Below, in pieces: positions 25,845-41,997 of a stretch of 64,000 nucleotides of DNA. The DNA is taken from the NCBI GenBank assembly GCA_001179505.1, contig CDMY01000374.1, positions 1 to 64,000 of the forward strand, written 5' to 3'. Every line of letters starts with the position of its first letter. Positions within the stretch are counted from its first letter, which is position 1. The translations under genes and the position numbers were made by a program. A model generated the notes under the pieces. That model did no database searches. It was given only the letters and a program-made list of their open reading frames with translations, and was not told the DNA's origin. This DNA comes from Vitrella brassicaformis CCMP3155 (Eukaryota; Protista; Chromerida).

Positions 25845-28244
25845 ATGGAGAATTTCGAGCCCGCTGTGACTTGGAGTCCTCCCAGCAGGTCACAGACCTC
25901 TGCTGATGAGGTGCCCTCAGCTGCAGCGGCTCCTGCAGCAGCAAGGCCCACCGAAGATTCACCTCTGAGAGCCAATACGACGACAGGGCAGTTCGGGCGC
26001 CTCATGCGATGTCCCAGAGGTGAGATGGACTCAGAGACGCAAAAACCTGCCAACATTCACTGCAATTGTATTGTCTTCTCTGGTGCTGTCTCGTGATCAG
26101 AGCTGTGGTTCGTGTATGCGATGAAGATGGGAGAAAGCTTTGCTTACTTTAGCATGTCATTCATCCTCGTGCTCTTCCTTAGGTGGACACCGCCTGACAA
26201 AAGACGGCTTTGTCTCATCTTGTCCCTTTTGCAATGTTGCAGTGAAGAATATGGGTTTAGCGATAGGGAGGCTGGGTGGATATACGGTGAGCATGACGCG
26301 ACATGAAGAGGACAGCCACGTGGTGACTAGTCTGTGCTGACTTGCAGGGGTTTTTGGTCTTCTGTCGTCGCTCGTGGGTTTATGCGTAGGGTCTGCGGTG
26401 GACAACCTTGGCGTGAGAGCCAGCCTTGTGCTGGGGTCAACCATTCTCACTGTCAGCCGTGTGCTCCTGTGCCTCACATACAGCTCACATATCACCGTTG
26501 CTGTGCTGGTGGGGAAGGCTTTGTTTGTGTGGGGTGCGTCTGATTGTCTGTCTCTTGTGTGTGTTCAGTTGGTGGGTCTCCCTGTCGGCGCTTCGCTTGG
26601 CATCCCTCTTCTGAGTCACGGTGTGAGGAGGTGAGTTCGCAAATCTCCAGTGCGAATGCAGCCGTACACGCATACTTGCTCATCATATGCACATGATGTA
26701 CAGGTACACATCAGAGCCTACTCGTGGTGAGTGGGCCAGAGAACGCTTGTCTCCAGTATTCCTCTCGTCTACATGCCTGTTTCCTCATCAGCGCTGGCGT
26801 TCAGCATTTTCTACGTGATCATGAACCTCGCTGCCTTCTTGGGAGGTACGCATTCATATCACATTTCCACACATGGACATCGTTGCCGTGTCTCTCCCCG
26901 CGGTGCAGGTGTGACGTCCAATATAATCCGTCACCAGTACAAGAAGGGGCTGGACCTCCACATAGGCAACGCGGTGTTCCACCTCACCACCTACAGAATA
27001 CTCTTATCCGTCGGCACATGTGTAAGGGCACCATGCAGCAGCTGAAGATTGCACGCAAACACCCCTCTTCTCCATCTCTGTCAGCTGTCTGTGGTGAATA
27101 TGAGCCTGGCGTGCTGCATTCGCGAGATCGTTGTGGTGCGCCACGATGCACAGCCCGAAGAGTTCAAGACCAGAAGGTGCCTTGCCAGCACTTGGTTCTC
27201 TCACATACATCGACATGTCTCTCTGTGTGTATGTGCGTCTGCAGAGCCAGCCCCGTGCAGATCACATACGAGGTCCTGACGCAGGCACGATTCTGGCGGT
27301 ACTGCGGCCTGGCGGCCATCTTCGTGGGCTGCCGGATGAATCTGCGCCACATGGACGCCACACTACCCAAGTATCTGACCAGAATGCACGGCCCAGACGC
27401 GCCATACGATCTCATTATCAGCCTCAATCCCATGCTGGTGAGTGAGTGAGCACAGAACTCATGGACGTGCAAATGTGCATTGGGCTCTTTTGTGTTTCTG
27501 TGCGTGTGTGCAGATCGTGGGTCTGGTGCCCCTGGCGACGGTCTTTGCCGAGCATATTCAATGGCCTATCACACACTTCCTGCAGATCGGCTGCTTTCTC
27601 TCATCCGTCTGCCCATTCGCACTGGCAGTAAGGCCACATATACACTCCTTCATGTATTCTCAATGGCGGCCATTGATGCATTTGCATGTCAGGTGTCGAC
27701 CTCGTACACAGCGGCAGTGTGTTCCATAGTGGTGCTGTCTCTCGGCGAGGCCATGTGGTCCCCCAAGCTGTATGAGTACAGTGTCACTGTGGCTCCTGAG
27801 GGTCGAGAGGGGACGTTCATCGCACTCGACACGGCGCCCGTATTCCTCTCTAAACTCGCCACTGGAGGCATCTCGGGGACCATGCTGGAGCGATTTGTGC
27901 CCAGGGACGACCCGGAGCGTCGCAACCCACTGTACGCAAATTGCGGTGGGCTGTCTTGTATGTGCATGTCTCTGCCTCGATGTGTGTGCCCTGCAGGCTT
28001 ATGTGGGCTATTATTGGCTGTCTGTCCATGATCTCGCCCATCCTACTGGTACGCTCCCTTTATCGTCGATGCTTTTTGTGTGCCTTACTCTGTGTGTCAC
28101 ATGTGTCCCTCGGTGCAGTGGTCGCTGCATCACATCATTTTCCGCATCGAGGACTACAGAGGCAGCGGCAGCCAGCGGGCCATCGTGCATCAACAGCACG
28201 CATCAAAAGGGCCGGCCGATGAGGCCGCTGGGGCCAGCCAGTGA
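25845..28244 (+). CDS. POT/PTR-like MFS peptide transporter
   Basis: ELWFVYAMKMGESFAYFS, GFSDREAGWIYG, LAFSIFYVIMNLAAFLGG, LIISLNPML and LSLGEAMWSPKLYEYSVTVAPEGREGTF resemble proton-dependent oligopeptide transporter signatures. Confidence 0.75.
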
Positions 28245-28614
28245 TTTGTGACACTCAGTTGTTCCACATATCCATCGATGGGTTCGTGTGTGCAAACCCG
28301 TGATGGGCATGTTGCCGTGGATGCGAGAGCGAGCAGTACATGACTGCGTCGAATCAGTCGCTGTCTCGATCAACGTGCGCACGACATGTGTGTTCGGTCC
28401 ATACAGCCGGCCAGACGCTGACCACTCAGTCAGCACCCGTGGCACCGAAAAAGACACCAGGTAGAAGGACAGCACACAGGCAGGCTGAGCTGCTGAGGCA
28501 CCTCACACCACAGAGTGACAGCTGCTGTCTATCAGGCAGCCCCAGACACACACACACACACACACACACTGGACAGAGACAAGGCCTTAAACACTTCACA
28601 TCAGGCAGCAGTGA

Positions 28615-28900
28615 CTATCCCTTGTACTTCTCCATGATCTTTCTGATCTCCGACTCTCTTGCCCCCCTGTCCCATGGGGTCTTCCCCTGTTGTCATGAGA
28701 TGAGATGAGCACACCACTCAGCCCATCGATGGTGTGAATGTCTGTGGGCACTCACCCTGTTGTTTTTGATGTCCAGCAGCGCACCGCCGCCCCACTCGAG
28801 CCTTTGAGAATGACACAGACAGAGAGAGAGTGGGGATGAGATGTTCGCGGCAGTCATTCATTTGTGTCGCTCACAGCTGAGACACAGCTGCGGATTTGTC
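28615..28900 (-). pseudogene. Truncated 3' end of a kinase-ankyrin paralog (last three exons)
   Basis: ..AAVSQL / LEWGGGALLDIKNNR / GKTPWDRGARESEIRKIMEKYKG*; no upstream ankyrin or kinase exons. Confidence 0.8.
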
Positions 28901-28974
28901 ATTGTATGCAGCCGACATTTCCCGACTGCACAGTTGGGTGTCCTCGGTCCTGCTATGTGCGCGATGTGCATTAG

Positions 28975-29215
28975 TATGAGTGTTGCAGAACGACACACTT
29001 CGCAGTCAGTCCACAAAAGTGACAGACAGAGGCCCCACACCACAGACTGACTTATCACTTCACTTAGCGCCCCTCCTCACGAGTGGGTGTCTCCGGTCGC
29101 TCTTGACAGGAGGTGTGTGGATGCTCAAGCGAAACTTGCCTGTCTCGCCCGCCTCTTTCGTGAACACAATCACTTGACTGTCGCCCTTGTTCGTCAACCA
29201 AAGCTGCTGGCTGGG
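28975..29215 (-). repeat. Copy of the calpain gene terminal exon and 3' flank
   Basis: KGDSQVIVFTKEAGETGKFRLSIHTPPVKSDRRHPLVRRGAK*; inverted match to ~36673-36890. Confidence 0.9.
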
Positions 29216-29617
29216 GATGGCGGTGGGTGTCGTCTGTCTGCGGGGTTTATGTGAGGCAGTGCAGGCACGGTCCAGACAGACACAGACTCGGCCATCGGAC
29301 AGCTGCCACTCTCACACACTCAAACACACAAGTCAGACAGACAGACAGACAGGCAGGCACTTCGCGCGCAATCAGACACACACCCTGACGAAACGAACAC
29401 CGAAGCAGACACCTGCACGTCAAGTGGAACCGACACAGACACCAGATAGACAGAGAGACACACCGCACACATCAGGTCATAGCACACTTATCTCCCCGCT
29501 GCCCTTTGATCTCTCTGCACCGCAACACAAAAGTGGCAGCTGCTGTCTGTCAGACAAACCCACCCAGCTGGACAGACGAAAGGCCTCACACACTTCACAC
29601 ACATCAGACCAGAAAGT

Positions 29618-32478
29618 CTATCGCTTGTACTTCTTCATGATCTCTCTCATCTCCGACTCGCTCCACGGCGCATTGTCCCACGGCGTCTTCCCCTGTTTGT
29701 GATGAGATGAGATGAGCACACCACTCAGCCCATCGATGGTGTGAATGTCTGTGGGCACTCACGTCCTTTCGTTTGATGTCCAGCAGCGCACCGCCGCCCC
29801 ACTCGAGCCTTTGAGAATGACAGAGAGAGAGAGAGAGAGAGTGGGGATGAGATGTTCGCGTCAGTCAGTCATCTGTGTCGCTCACAGCTGAGACACAGCC
29901 GCAGAGTTGCCACAGATTGCAGCCAAATGGAGTGCCGTCTCGCCGCGCTGTGTGTGTCATACACACAAAGGAAAGGCAGTCAATCAGATGAGAGAAGACT
30001 GTGTTGTCTCACGTCGTCCTTCTGTGTGAGTAGGTCCTTTCGTTTGGCATACAGGGCCTTCAACACATCGACATGACCACCATAGGCAGCCGATATGAAT
30101 GGCGTGTAGCCATTCTGCAATCCACACACACAGACACACAATCGGCACACTGATGCGTCAGAGACATGTGTGTGCTCTGTTACCTCGTCGCGTGCGTCGA
30201 TCAGTTTGGGATCCCACTCCATCAACTTATTGACAGCCGCAACATGGCCCTCCCGAGCAGCCCAGTGCAGGGCATTCCGACCAGACTGCATTCCATCACA
30301 GCCAACACACATCTCCTCATCACCAGCAGCACACAAGATGATTTGTCTGTGTCGGTACCTTGTTTGTTTGCTGCAGTACGTCAGGTTTGGTCTCATACAT
30401 AAGAGACATGACGCCCACATGACCATACAGTGCATCCTCCAGGAAGGGCGTGTCCTGCATGAATGAGAACACACAGACAGACCAATGAGTGCATTTCTGC
30501 CGTCTCCACGACTGCATACCCCCGCGTTGTCTCGTTTGTCGAGTATGTCCTTGCCATCTCGGGCGATGAACAAACGGACGGACTGCAAATCGCCGGCCTT
30601 GACGGCATCGAAGATGTCAGCCTGACACACAACCAGCACAAAAACAGCGGCCCATTGGCGTGTGGGATTCAGCTGCTGTCTCCCTGACGTGTTTGATCTG
30701 CGGCTGTGGGGCCGGAGCGGGTGCTGGCGTGGGACTGACTGCATCATCAAACAGACACACACGATTGCACTCATTGGTCGTCTTGTCCGTCCGGTGGCCC
30801 ACCGCGCGGGTCGGGTGTCACTGCCAGGACACACACCAATCATGATGCCCAAATCGTCGATTTGATGAGCATTTGGTGGTGTGGTGTGTGTCACCTGTCC
30901 GGCCTCTGTCGTTGAGTTTGTTCAAAAGCTGATATCATTATATGCGGCACGTCAGATGCACAGAGACGCACAAAGTTCAGACAACAGTCCTCTCATTGAC
31001 CTCGGCTGTGCAGACTGCGTCAGCTCACCTCATGGGCAGACGGCCGGCTCCGTGGGTTGAAGGCAAAACAACTCTGATGGACCACAAGAGACAGCTGCAT
31101 TCAGCATCGCACGTCAGATCTGACGTTACCTGTATGGCCTGTTTGACATTGACGGGGATCTTTGGAGGAATGGGCGGCGTCTGCACGACACACAGACACA
31201 GCGCAAATTTCAGGCGTCCGAAAGTCTGTACCTCTTTGTTTTCACAGATCGTCTGCTCAATCTGTCTCATACTCAGACCGGCAAAGGGACTGGACCCTGA
31301 CAAATATCACGTGACGATATGCCCTCTCAGAGAGCTGATTGTGTCTGTGGACTTCTCACCGCCGAATACTCCGCGATGATGCAGCCAACAGACCAGATGT
31401 CCGACCTGTCCGTCAGCTGGGGCCCTGACGTGCACAGAGAAGCGAATGGATGGCATCTCCTGCATGTGTGCGCTGACTGTCTGCGAATGCTTCAGGAGGC
31501 GCATAGACAACGGTCCCACCTGATTATCACACACAACGTACGGTCCTCAACCCGTATGCAGTGAAGTCAGTGACTCACCGAAGTGGCTGGAGCTGTGGTG
31601 TGTGCCCTGCAACTCTCTGGAGAGTCCGAAGTCGGATATTTTCACGTTTTGGTCATCATCCAGCTGGCGGACCCCCAGATGAGAAGAGACGTGCAAGGGA
31701 GACACATCGATCATGCGGTCTCATTCATCTGAACACTCCCTAACCAGAACATTTTCCGGTTTGATGTCTCGATGGATGCCGCCCTTGCTGTGTATGTAGG
31801 CCAGCCCCTCACACAGCTGAGATGCATGAGGGCAGCTGTCATGGCGATGTGTTTGTGTTACCGATGTGACCTAACCTGCCTGGCCAGCATGTATCTCTTG
31901 TTCTCGGGGAGGCCGCCCCTCCTTTGAAGTATGCTGAGACACTTCCGCAACGAGTCCACATAGAACTCTGCACAACAGACACCTGCACAAGACTGTCGCC
32001 AATGGTGCGGCCAGCCCTACCGAGGACAAGAAACGGGATTCTCTTGTCGTAGCAGACACCCAGGAGCTTGGCCACGTTGGGATGCTTCATACCTGCCACG
32101 AATTTGGCCTCGGCCTCGACCTCCTTTACGAGATTCTGATGACACAAAATCAGCGGCGTTGTTGCCATACAGAGGACCTGGTCGAGGCTGACTACACACG
32201 CACCTCCTTCCCCAAAGAATTGATGAGGTGTTTCTTCGGAATCTTGAGGGCAACAGTCTGGTCCCTCCACTGCCCCTTGTACACCTCAGCAAACGCACCG
32301 TCCCCTGACACGGACCCCACAACACGAGGCAGTGGATGCCACTGGATGGTTGGTTCGTACCGATGCAATCCACTTCATCGTCCCAGTAGAGCTCATGCAG
32401 TCGTATGGAGTCTATTTGGACAGAACCACGCCTCATCGGGGGAGGAGCGGGAAGGGGAGGGAACGCGCGAGCTTGCAT
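29618..32478 (-). pseudogene. Gene I: second-subtype TKL-like kinase + ankyrin repeats, no CaaX, probable frameshift
   Basis: [45 protein letters not shown]. The exon ending GAG TA TTC GGC G is 1 nt shorter than in gene K (~31365), which shifts the next exon into a stop. The ankyrin exons are open and end ..MKKYKR*. The start may instead be 32436. Confidence 0.8.
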
Positions 32479-32522
32479 GCGGGAAGCCCCCGTCTCCCCC
32501 CACCCTTCTTTTGTAGTCCCCT

Positions 32523-35500
32523 ATGGAAGTCAGAGGGGGTCAGGCAGCGGGCGAGGCCATTTTGGCCTTTGTCCTGGACCTGAAAGGCAAAGTAGGGCGC
32601 GGGACGGACTCACTATCAGCACTCGCGAATAGCATATCGAAGTTCATGGAGGAGTACGATGACAGCAGTGAGGATAAACGACACTTCCGATGGATCATCG
32701 ACAACGACGAGGCCACACAAGTACTCATCGACTGGGGGGGATCGGGGGCAGGCAGGGCTTGTCTACTTTCCTTTGCAGGACGGGCGCACGCTGCTGCACT
32801 GGGCAGCGAGGACAAGTCGGGGGGACGTCGTTGAGGCCTTGCTCTACTTTGGCCTCCAAAAGTTGATTGCCACACAGGACGATGTGAGACAAATGGCTGG
32901 TGGCATTGATGGCATGCACTCAAATTTGTCTGGCTTTCTCCTACAGGAACAGAAGACTCCCATCCATGCAGCAGCCGAGGCCGGCAATGCTCAGCTCGTG
33001 GCCCGGCTCGTCACGCTCACTGACCCCGCTGTCATCGCGCTCAAAGACAAGGTCAGCTTTACTTTGATTCGAGGGACGCAGATGTGTCTGTGTTTGCTCA
33101 GGATGGCAATACCGCCCTTCATCTGTGTGCCCTTGGAGGCCACACACACGTCACTCGGCTGCTGGTAGCCGCGGAGCGTATCAACACTCGGAACACCAAG
33201 GTACTAAGAAACCAACAAACATTATGGCAAGACACCTGTCTCACTCAGTTTGCTTCTTGTGGCTGTAGAGCCGTACGCCTCTTCACGAGGCCGCTGCCAA
33301 TGGAAGTCCATCCGGCATGGAGGTGCTGCTGCAGGTGGCCGACATAGAAGCTCTGCTCATGAGGGACCACGTAAGGGCGCGACTAAACAGGGAACTACGC
33401 AACTCCGACTGTGATGCATAGTGTGTGTCTCCTGTCTGTCCATCAGGCCAGCCAGACAGCACTGTGTGTTGCCGCGGATTGCGGCAAAGGTGACTGCGTC
33501 CGCCTGCTCGTGACGGCTGCCCAGGCCAAGGGCTGCCCTCAGCTGCTGGACATGGGCGATAGGGACGACGATTTGCCCCTTTACCTCGCGCTATTCTCGG
33601 ACAACTATGATGAAGAGATCGTCTTCCTTCTGGCTTCAAGAGAGCGCATTGTCAAACAGAGAAGGGTACCAACAACGATAAGTATCAAACAGGGCTTGGC
33701 AGCATCAGTGCTGATTGGCTGCAGCCTGATGGCCAGACGCCGTTGCATCTGGCCGTCTCGAGAGGCGACGACGTGTTGCTGGTTGAGAAGCTGCTGAAGA
33801 TGTTTGGCACGGACGCTTTGCAGATCAGAGACCACGTAAGGAAGCCGGATGCACGGAAGTCCAACACCAATAGTTCTTTGTGTCTCCATTGCAGAGTGGC
33901 CGCACGCCTTATGATGTGGCTCTCGAGGATTGCGATACGGAAATGCAGCAAGTGCTGCGGGAATGGATGCCTACTGTCGGCGAATCCTCGCAACAGAAGC
34001 AGCAGCGGCTGTCTGAAGAAGCGGACGGCCGCCTCAAAGAGCACTACAACGTCTTCGGCTCGATCGAAGTCCCTCTCAGCACCACGAACTTTCCTCAGCA
34101 GATGGCACGTGCCCTCGGCCTGCCCGACAGATATGTGCAGCAGCTGCTTGCAGGTCAGGCTGCAAGGTCGCCCAACAAGGTGATTGCGGCCCAGCTGGCA
34201 GAGATTGAGGGCATCCTCGAGGAAGCGCGGGAGAAGCTGCTTCCAGGCTTCCCCGCCACGCACATCGGCTCAGGTTTCATCATCGTCCCCAGTTGGCTGC
34301 GAAAGCCCAAGAGCGAGCGGGAGATCCTCGATGAGGGGAGCAGAATTGGCGGACGAGTGTTCCCTTTGTGGCGAGACGGTGATTCAGATCTTCTCGTCTC
34401 GAACCATAGCAGTCAGCGGAAATTCGATGATCCTGATGAGCGGTTGCCGCTTAATGAGAGCATCGGGAACGTCTTCTCACCCTCGTTTGACAAGTGGAAG
34501 CGTCTGCCGGATCTTTTCCAGAACCCAGTGGTGGCCGCTCGCTCTCTTTCAAGTGACAGTGTCGTCCAGGGCCGCATAGGCGACTGTGCCTTCCTCAGCT
34601 CTCTTGTGGCACTCGCCAATTGTGAAGAGCAGAGCGGCCAGCGGCATCTGTCCAGCGGCATATACCCCAAAGTGTCCCTGTCGAGTACGGAGCCGGTCAT
34701 CAGCCCCGAGGGCAAGTACGTGTGTCGGCTATACTTCAATGGTGGTCCTCGCAAGGTATTGCTCGACGACACTATTCCTTCGCTGACCCCTACTGGCAGC
34801 GAGGCTCCTCGCAAGCTCACCGCGGTGTCTTCGATCCCTCGAGAGACCTGGGTCACATTGTTCGAGAAGGCATATGCAAAGGTAGAAAGGTGCGCGCTCC
34901 AACCATGCATTGGTGTTCTGTCTCCTGTTCATTGCTTCATGCAGACGATGGGTGGATATGACGCGATAGACGGAAGTCATGCGCCAGACAACCTCTATCT
35001 GCTCAGCGGATGGATCGTCGAGTTGCTACATTTTCAGTTCTCAGTCGTCAAGGGGTTTGACGCAGACAAGCTGTGGAAGGAAATCTATTGGCCTCTCAGC
35101 GGCCGTCAAGCCGTTGCGTGCCTGTCCTCGCCGGCACGAGTAAGCCAATTGTCGACAGCATATACATACATTCTATGTGTCTCTGCCATTTCCCTCTCAG
35201 CCTATTGATCCCGTTGAGGCTAGGGACAAGCCAGAGCCCATATCACGCAGAACGGATGGGATGTCTTGCTGTGTCAGCAAGTCAGAGCCCATGGCTTCTG
35301 TTTCCTGTGGCATCAGGTTTGGCGTACGGGCATGCGTATTCAGTGCTTGAGGCAGTGGAGGTTGATGGACGTCAGCTGCTGCTGGTTCGCAATCCTTGGC
35401 GAGAGCAGCGATGGAAAGGCAAGTATTCGCCAGACGATCCCGGTTCGTGGACATCCAAAATGAGGCAACAGCTGAACTACGACCCTGATCAAGCGGTACC

Positions 35501-36802
35501 CGACGGAGAATGTATGTGGCTGACATGTCTTTGTCTCCTTCCTCTCCTGTCTCAGCGTCGGTCTGATGACGGGAGGTTCTGGATTAGCTGGGATGACGTT
35601 ACGAAAGAGTTCCGTGGCATGTCCATTGCCTATAACTTCCACCCCTCGCGATTCCCTCATCGAGTCGACATTCATTCATGGTGAAGCGACACACAGGCAC
35701 ATACCTACAAATACAACCACGACACTTGTCTCTGTCTGCTCTTATCAGCTTCAACCCGAGTGGGCAGACGGCCTTTGTTTCGAGCGCGCGCATGATCTCG
35801 GGCTTCAGTCCTCAGTTTGCCCTCGTGTTCCACCCCACGACGGCCGATTTCTATCAGTCGGAGCTGAATGTGTGGGTGCAGCTACACCGCCACGTCACCA
35901 GCGGCAAGAATGTCAAGAAGGCCAAGGAGAAGATCATCCGGATCTCCACCAACATCTATGCCGGCAGCGAGAGGATCCTAGGCGAGAATACGGCTCGCGA
36001 CTGCTACTACGGGTCCTCTATCAACCTCATGATCAAGCTGGACAAGTTCAAGCTGCCTTGGAAGTAAGTGTGACTGAGACGCACCCCAAGGCATGATTGT
36101 GCTGTCTACGTCAATTCAGGAAAGACGGATGGCATCGGTGCGTCGTTCAGGCGCTTCAATCAGCCGTCTGACTTCAATCTCGACACAGATTCAGCAGCTT
36201 TCCATGACTGCATGACTGTCAGGAGGACTTAACTTCACCCTATCAGTCTTCTCGACCGTCCGAGCCACCATTCACGAGCTGCCTCCCCTGATCCCCCGCG
36301 GATGGATATCGCAGCACTATGATGGTGAGTGGGCTGCAGAGTCAGCAAAAGGTCCAAGCCCGTCATCTTTTGATAAGAACCCCACCTTTGCCGTTACGAC
36401 CCCTGAGAACGTCAAGGCTGTCATCCTGCTTGAGTCTCTCGAGGTGAGTGAAATGCATCAATCGACTGAGCTTTTGGTCCGTATTGTCTGTGTATCTGTG
36501 TAGTCGCATCGTGTGGGAATCACTGTGATTGACTCGCAAGGGAAACGGACGAGCAGTCCTGACCCTTACGAGACGAATGCAACACTGCTCACTGACGTCA
36601 CACTGATGGTACGCGCTCGAGCAGGCGAAGACACAAGGACATGTTTGATAGGCTTGTGTCTCTTTGGCTGCAGAAAGGCGACAATCAAGTCATTGTGTTC
36701 ACGAGTGTGGCGGGCAGAACAGGCAAGTTTCGCTTGAGCATCCACACACCTGCTGTCAAGAGCGAGCGGAGACACCCACTCGTGAGGAGGGGCGCTAAGT
36801 GA
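32523..36802 (+). CDS. Ankyrin-repeat calpain (calpain-7/PalB-like CysPc catalytic core + C-terminal calpain domain III-like region)
   Basis: About 7 ankyrin repeats (GRTLLHWAA, KTPIHAAA, GNTALHLCA, GQTPLHLAV..). Intact triad: QGRIGDCAFLSSL (Cys 34585-87), GHAYSVL (His 35331-33) and VRNPW (Asn 35391-93). Also GKYVCRLYFNG, LFEKAYAK and DDGRFWISW. Confidence 0.9.
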
Positions 36803-36989
36803 AGTGATAAGTCAGTCTGTGGTGTGGGGCCTCTGTCTGTCACTTTTGTGGACTGACTGCAAAGTGTGTCGTTCTGCAACACTCATAGTTATCCCGTATA
36901 GTTCACAGACATGGATAAATAGAGTGTGTATCTTGAACTCGTGGGGCGGCCCCCTCTCCAAGCTCGCCGTCTCCCAAAATTTTAAAGTC

Positions 36990-39897
<2,908 letters not shown>

Positions 39898-40310
39898 GTT
39901 CTTCTGGTCAGACTCTGATGTGTGTGTGGAGTGTGTAAGGCCTTTCGTCTGTCCAGCTGGGTTTGCCTGACAGACAGCAGCTGCCACTTTTGTGTTGCGG
40001 TGCAGAGAGATCAAAGGGCAGCGCGGGAGATAAGTGTGCTATGACCTGATGTGTGCGGTGTGTCTTTCTGTCTGTGTGGTGTCTGTGTCGGTTCCAGTTG
40101 ACGTGCAGGGGTCTGCTTCGGTGTTCGCTGGGTTAGGCTGTGTGTGTCTGATTGCCCGGGGGTAAAGTGCCTGTCTGTCTGTCTGTCTGGCTTGCCGGTT
40201 TGACTGTGTGAGTGTGGCAGCTGTCCGATGGCCCTTTCTGTGTCTGTCTGGATCGTGCTGCACTGCATCACATAAACCCCGCAGACAGACGACACCCACC
40301 TCTATCCCCA

Positions 40311-40475
40311 GTCAGCAGCTTTGGTTGACCAAGAAGGGCGACAGTCAAGTGATTGTGTTCACGAGTGTGGCGGGCAGGACAGGCAAGTTTCGCTTGAGCA
40401 TCCACACACCTCCTGTCAAGAGCGACCGGAGACACCCACTCGTGAGGAGGGGGGCTAAGTGAAGTGATAAGTCTG
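40311..40475 (+). repeat. Second copy of the calpain terminal exon
   Basis: QLWLTKKGDSQVIVFTSVAGRTGKFRLSIHTPPVKSDRRHPLVRRGAK* (stop 40460-62). Confidence 0.9.
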
Positions 40476-40846
40476 TGGTGGGTGCTAGGCTGTTGGACAG
40501 GTAGGTGAGGCTCTTAAAAATCTGACATTGTGTCGTCTGTGTGCTTGATGGATGGAAGCAGCACAGACGCATCGTGTCCATGAAACAACACCGCAGAGTT
40601 TGAAGTGTCAGCTGCGCCGGTCTCGCATACAACGTACATCTTCGTCTACACAGACAAAGGTGTCTCCCCCGAGATGCAACGTTTGTTCTCTATGTGTCGC
40701 GTGCCTCTGATTGATCAGCGAGAGAACCGATGTCCACTCGTGTGCACAGGACTAGTGGAGAGAATTGTCGCGCGAAAAGCACTGCACTCTATCCTAGAAG
40801 GTCTCTTCTTCTCGTTCCTAACGGGTCCTTTCTTGTCGTTGACTAA

Positions 40847-41837
40847 CTAGGCCTTTGTCATTGTGGCCACATACTCCATCCCGTTGACGTTGGCCATCAG
40901 ACTCGACAGGGGGCATCGACGCTCCACCTTCTCGAGCAACTCCTGATGACACACCACACACACACACACACATACATACAGAGAGAGAGAGAGGGAGGGA
41001 GGGAGAGGTATACACATACATACGTATATGTGCATAAGTATATGCATATGTGTGTATACCATGTGTGTGTGTGTGTGTGTGTGCTGTGGTGTACACATTG
41101 GCTCACGTGGATGCGATCATCCGATTCATTTGTGGCAATCTTCCCCTCGACCGTCACCTTCTGGAAGTGGCTCTGAACGTTTGGGTCTCCCTTGAGGCCC
41201 TTCACATCGAGCTCACCCTTGGCCGTCCAGTCGATCTGACGGATGACCCACACATGCCGACACACATGCGTCACTCAGTGTAGGTGTGTTGATGTCTGAC
41301 CTGCATGACGGCCACATCTTACTCACCTTGTCGAATTTCATCTTCATCTCGTTGGCCACTCCCACACTCAGCACGTGCAGACAACCACACAGGGCACCCA
41401 GGCTCGTCTCTGCAGCACACAGTTCTCACACACAAACAAACATCATCATATGTGACACCTTCAAACAGACACACTCATGTGCCTGCATCACACACATACG
41501 GATACGCACCAAGTGGGTTGGGCCCCTTGTCCTGGCCGCCCAGCTTCGCCGGCTCGTCAGTGAACTGCACCCATCCACATATGCCACACACACACACACA
41601 CACAAAATCAACACAGATGCTCATCGACAACCAAAAAATGTCCCAGCTCCTCCCCCTTTCCTCACCTGCGCGTGTTTGCCCGAGGTGTACTTACACGTCA
41701 CCGACATGGCGCCTGAACAGACAACACACAGAGTGGAAGCAGCAGATCTGCATGAGCATCTTTCGTGTCAGCTGACCCTCGGCCTTGACGACAAAAGGCA
41801 TCAACGCCAGGCGACGCATCGATAGACGCAAAGCCAT
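40847..41837 (-). CDS. OsmC/Ohr-family peroxiredoxin-like protein
   Basis: Spliced: MALRLSMRRLALMPFVVKAEGAMSVTCKYTSGKHAQFTDEPAKLGGQDKGPNPLETSLGALCGC..EKVERRCPLSSLM..KA*. The DEP..GG.DKGPNP motif and both conserved Cys are present. Confidence 0.85.
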
Positions 41838-41997
41838 CGCGACGACGATGAAAGGCCACCGAAATCCGGACGAAGACAGTGCGAGCTTCAAAGCAATCGC
41901 CAGACGAGAGATCCGGCCAGACAGCTCATTCAGCCTCTCGTCGGTCAGCCGGAGAGGCCCGTGTGACGTCGATGCCACAACACGCCATAGTTGATGA

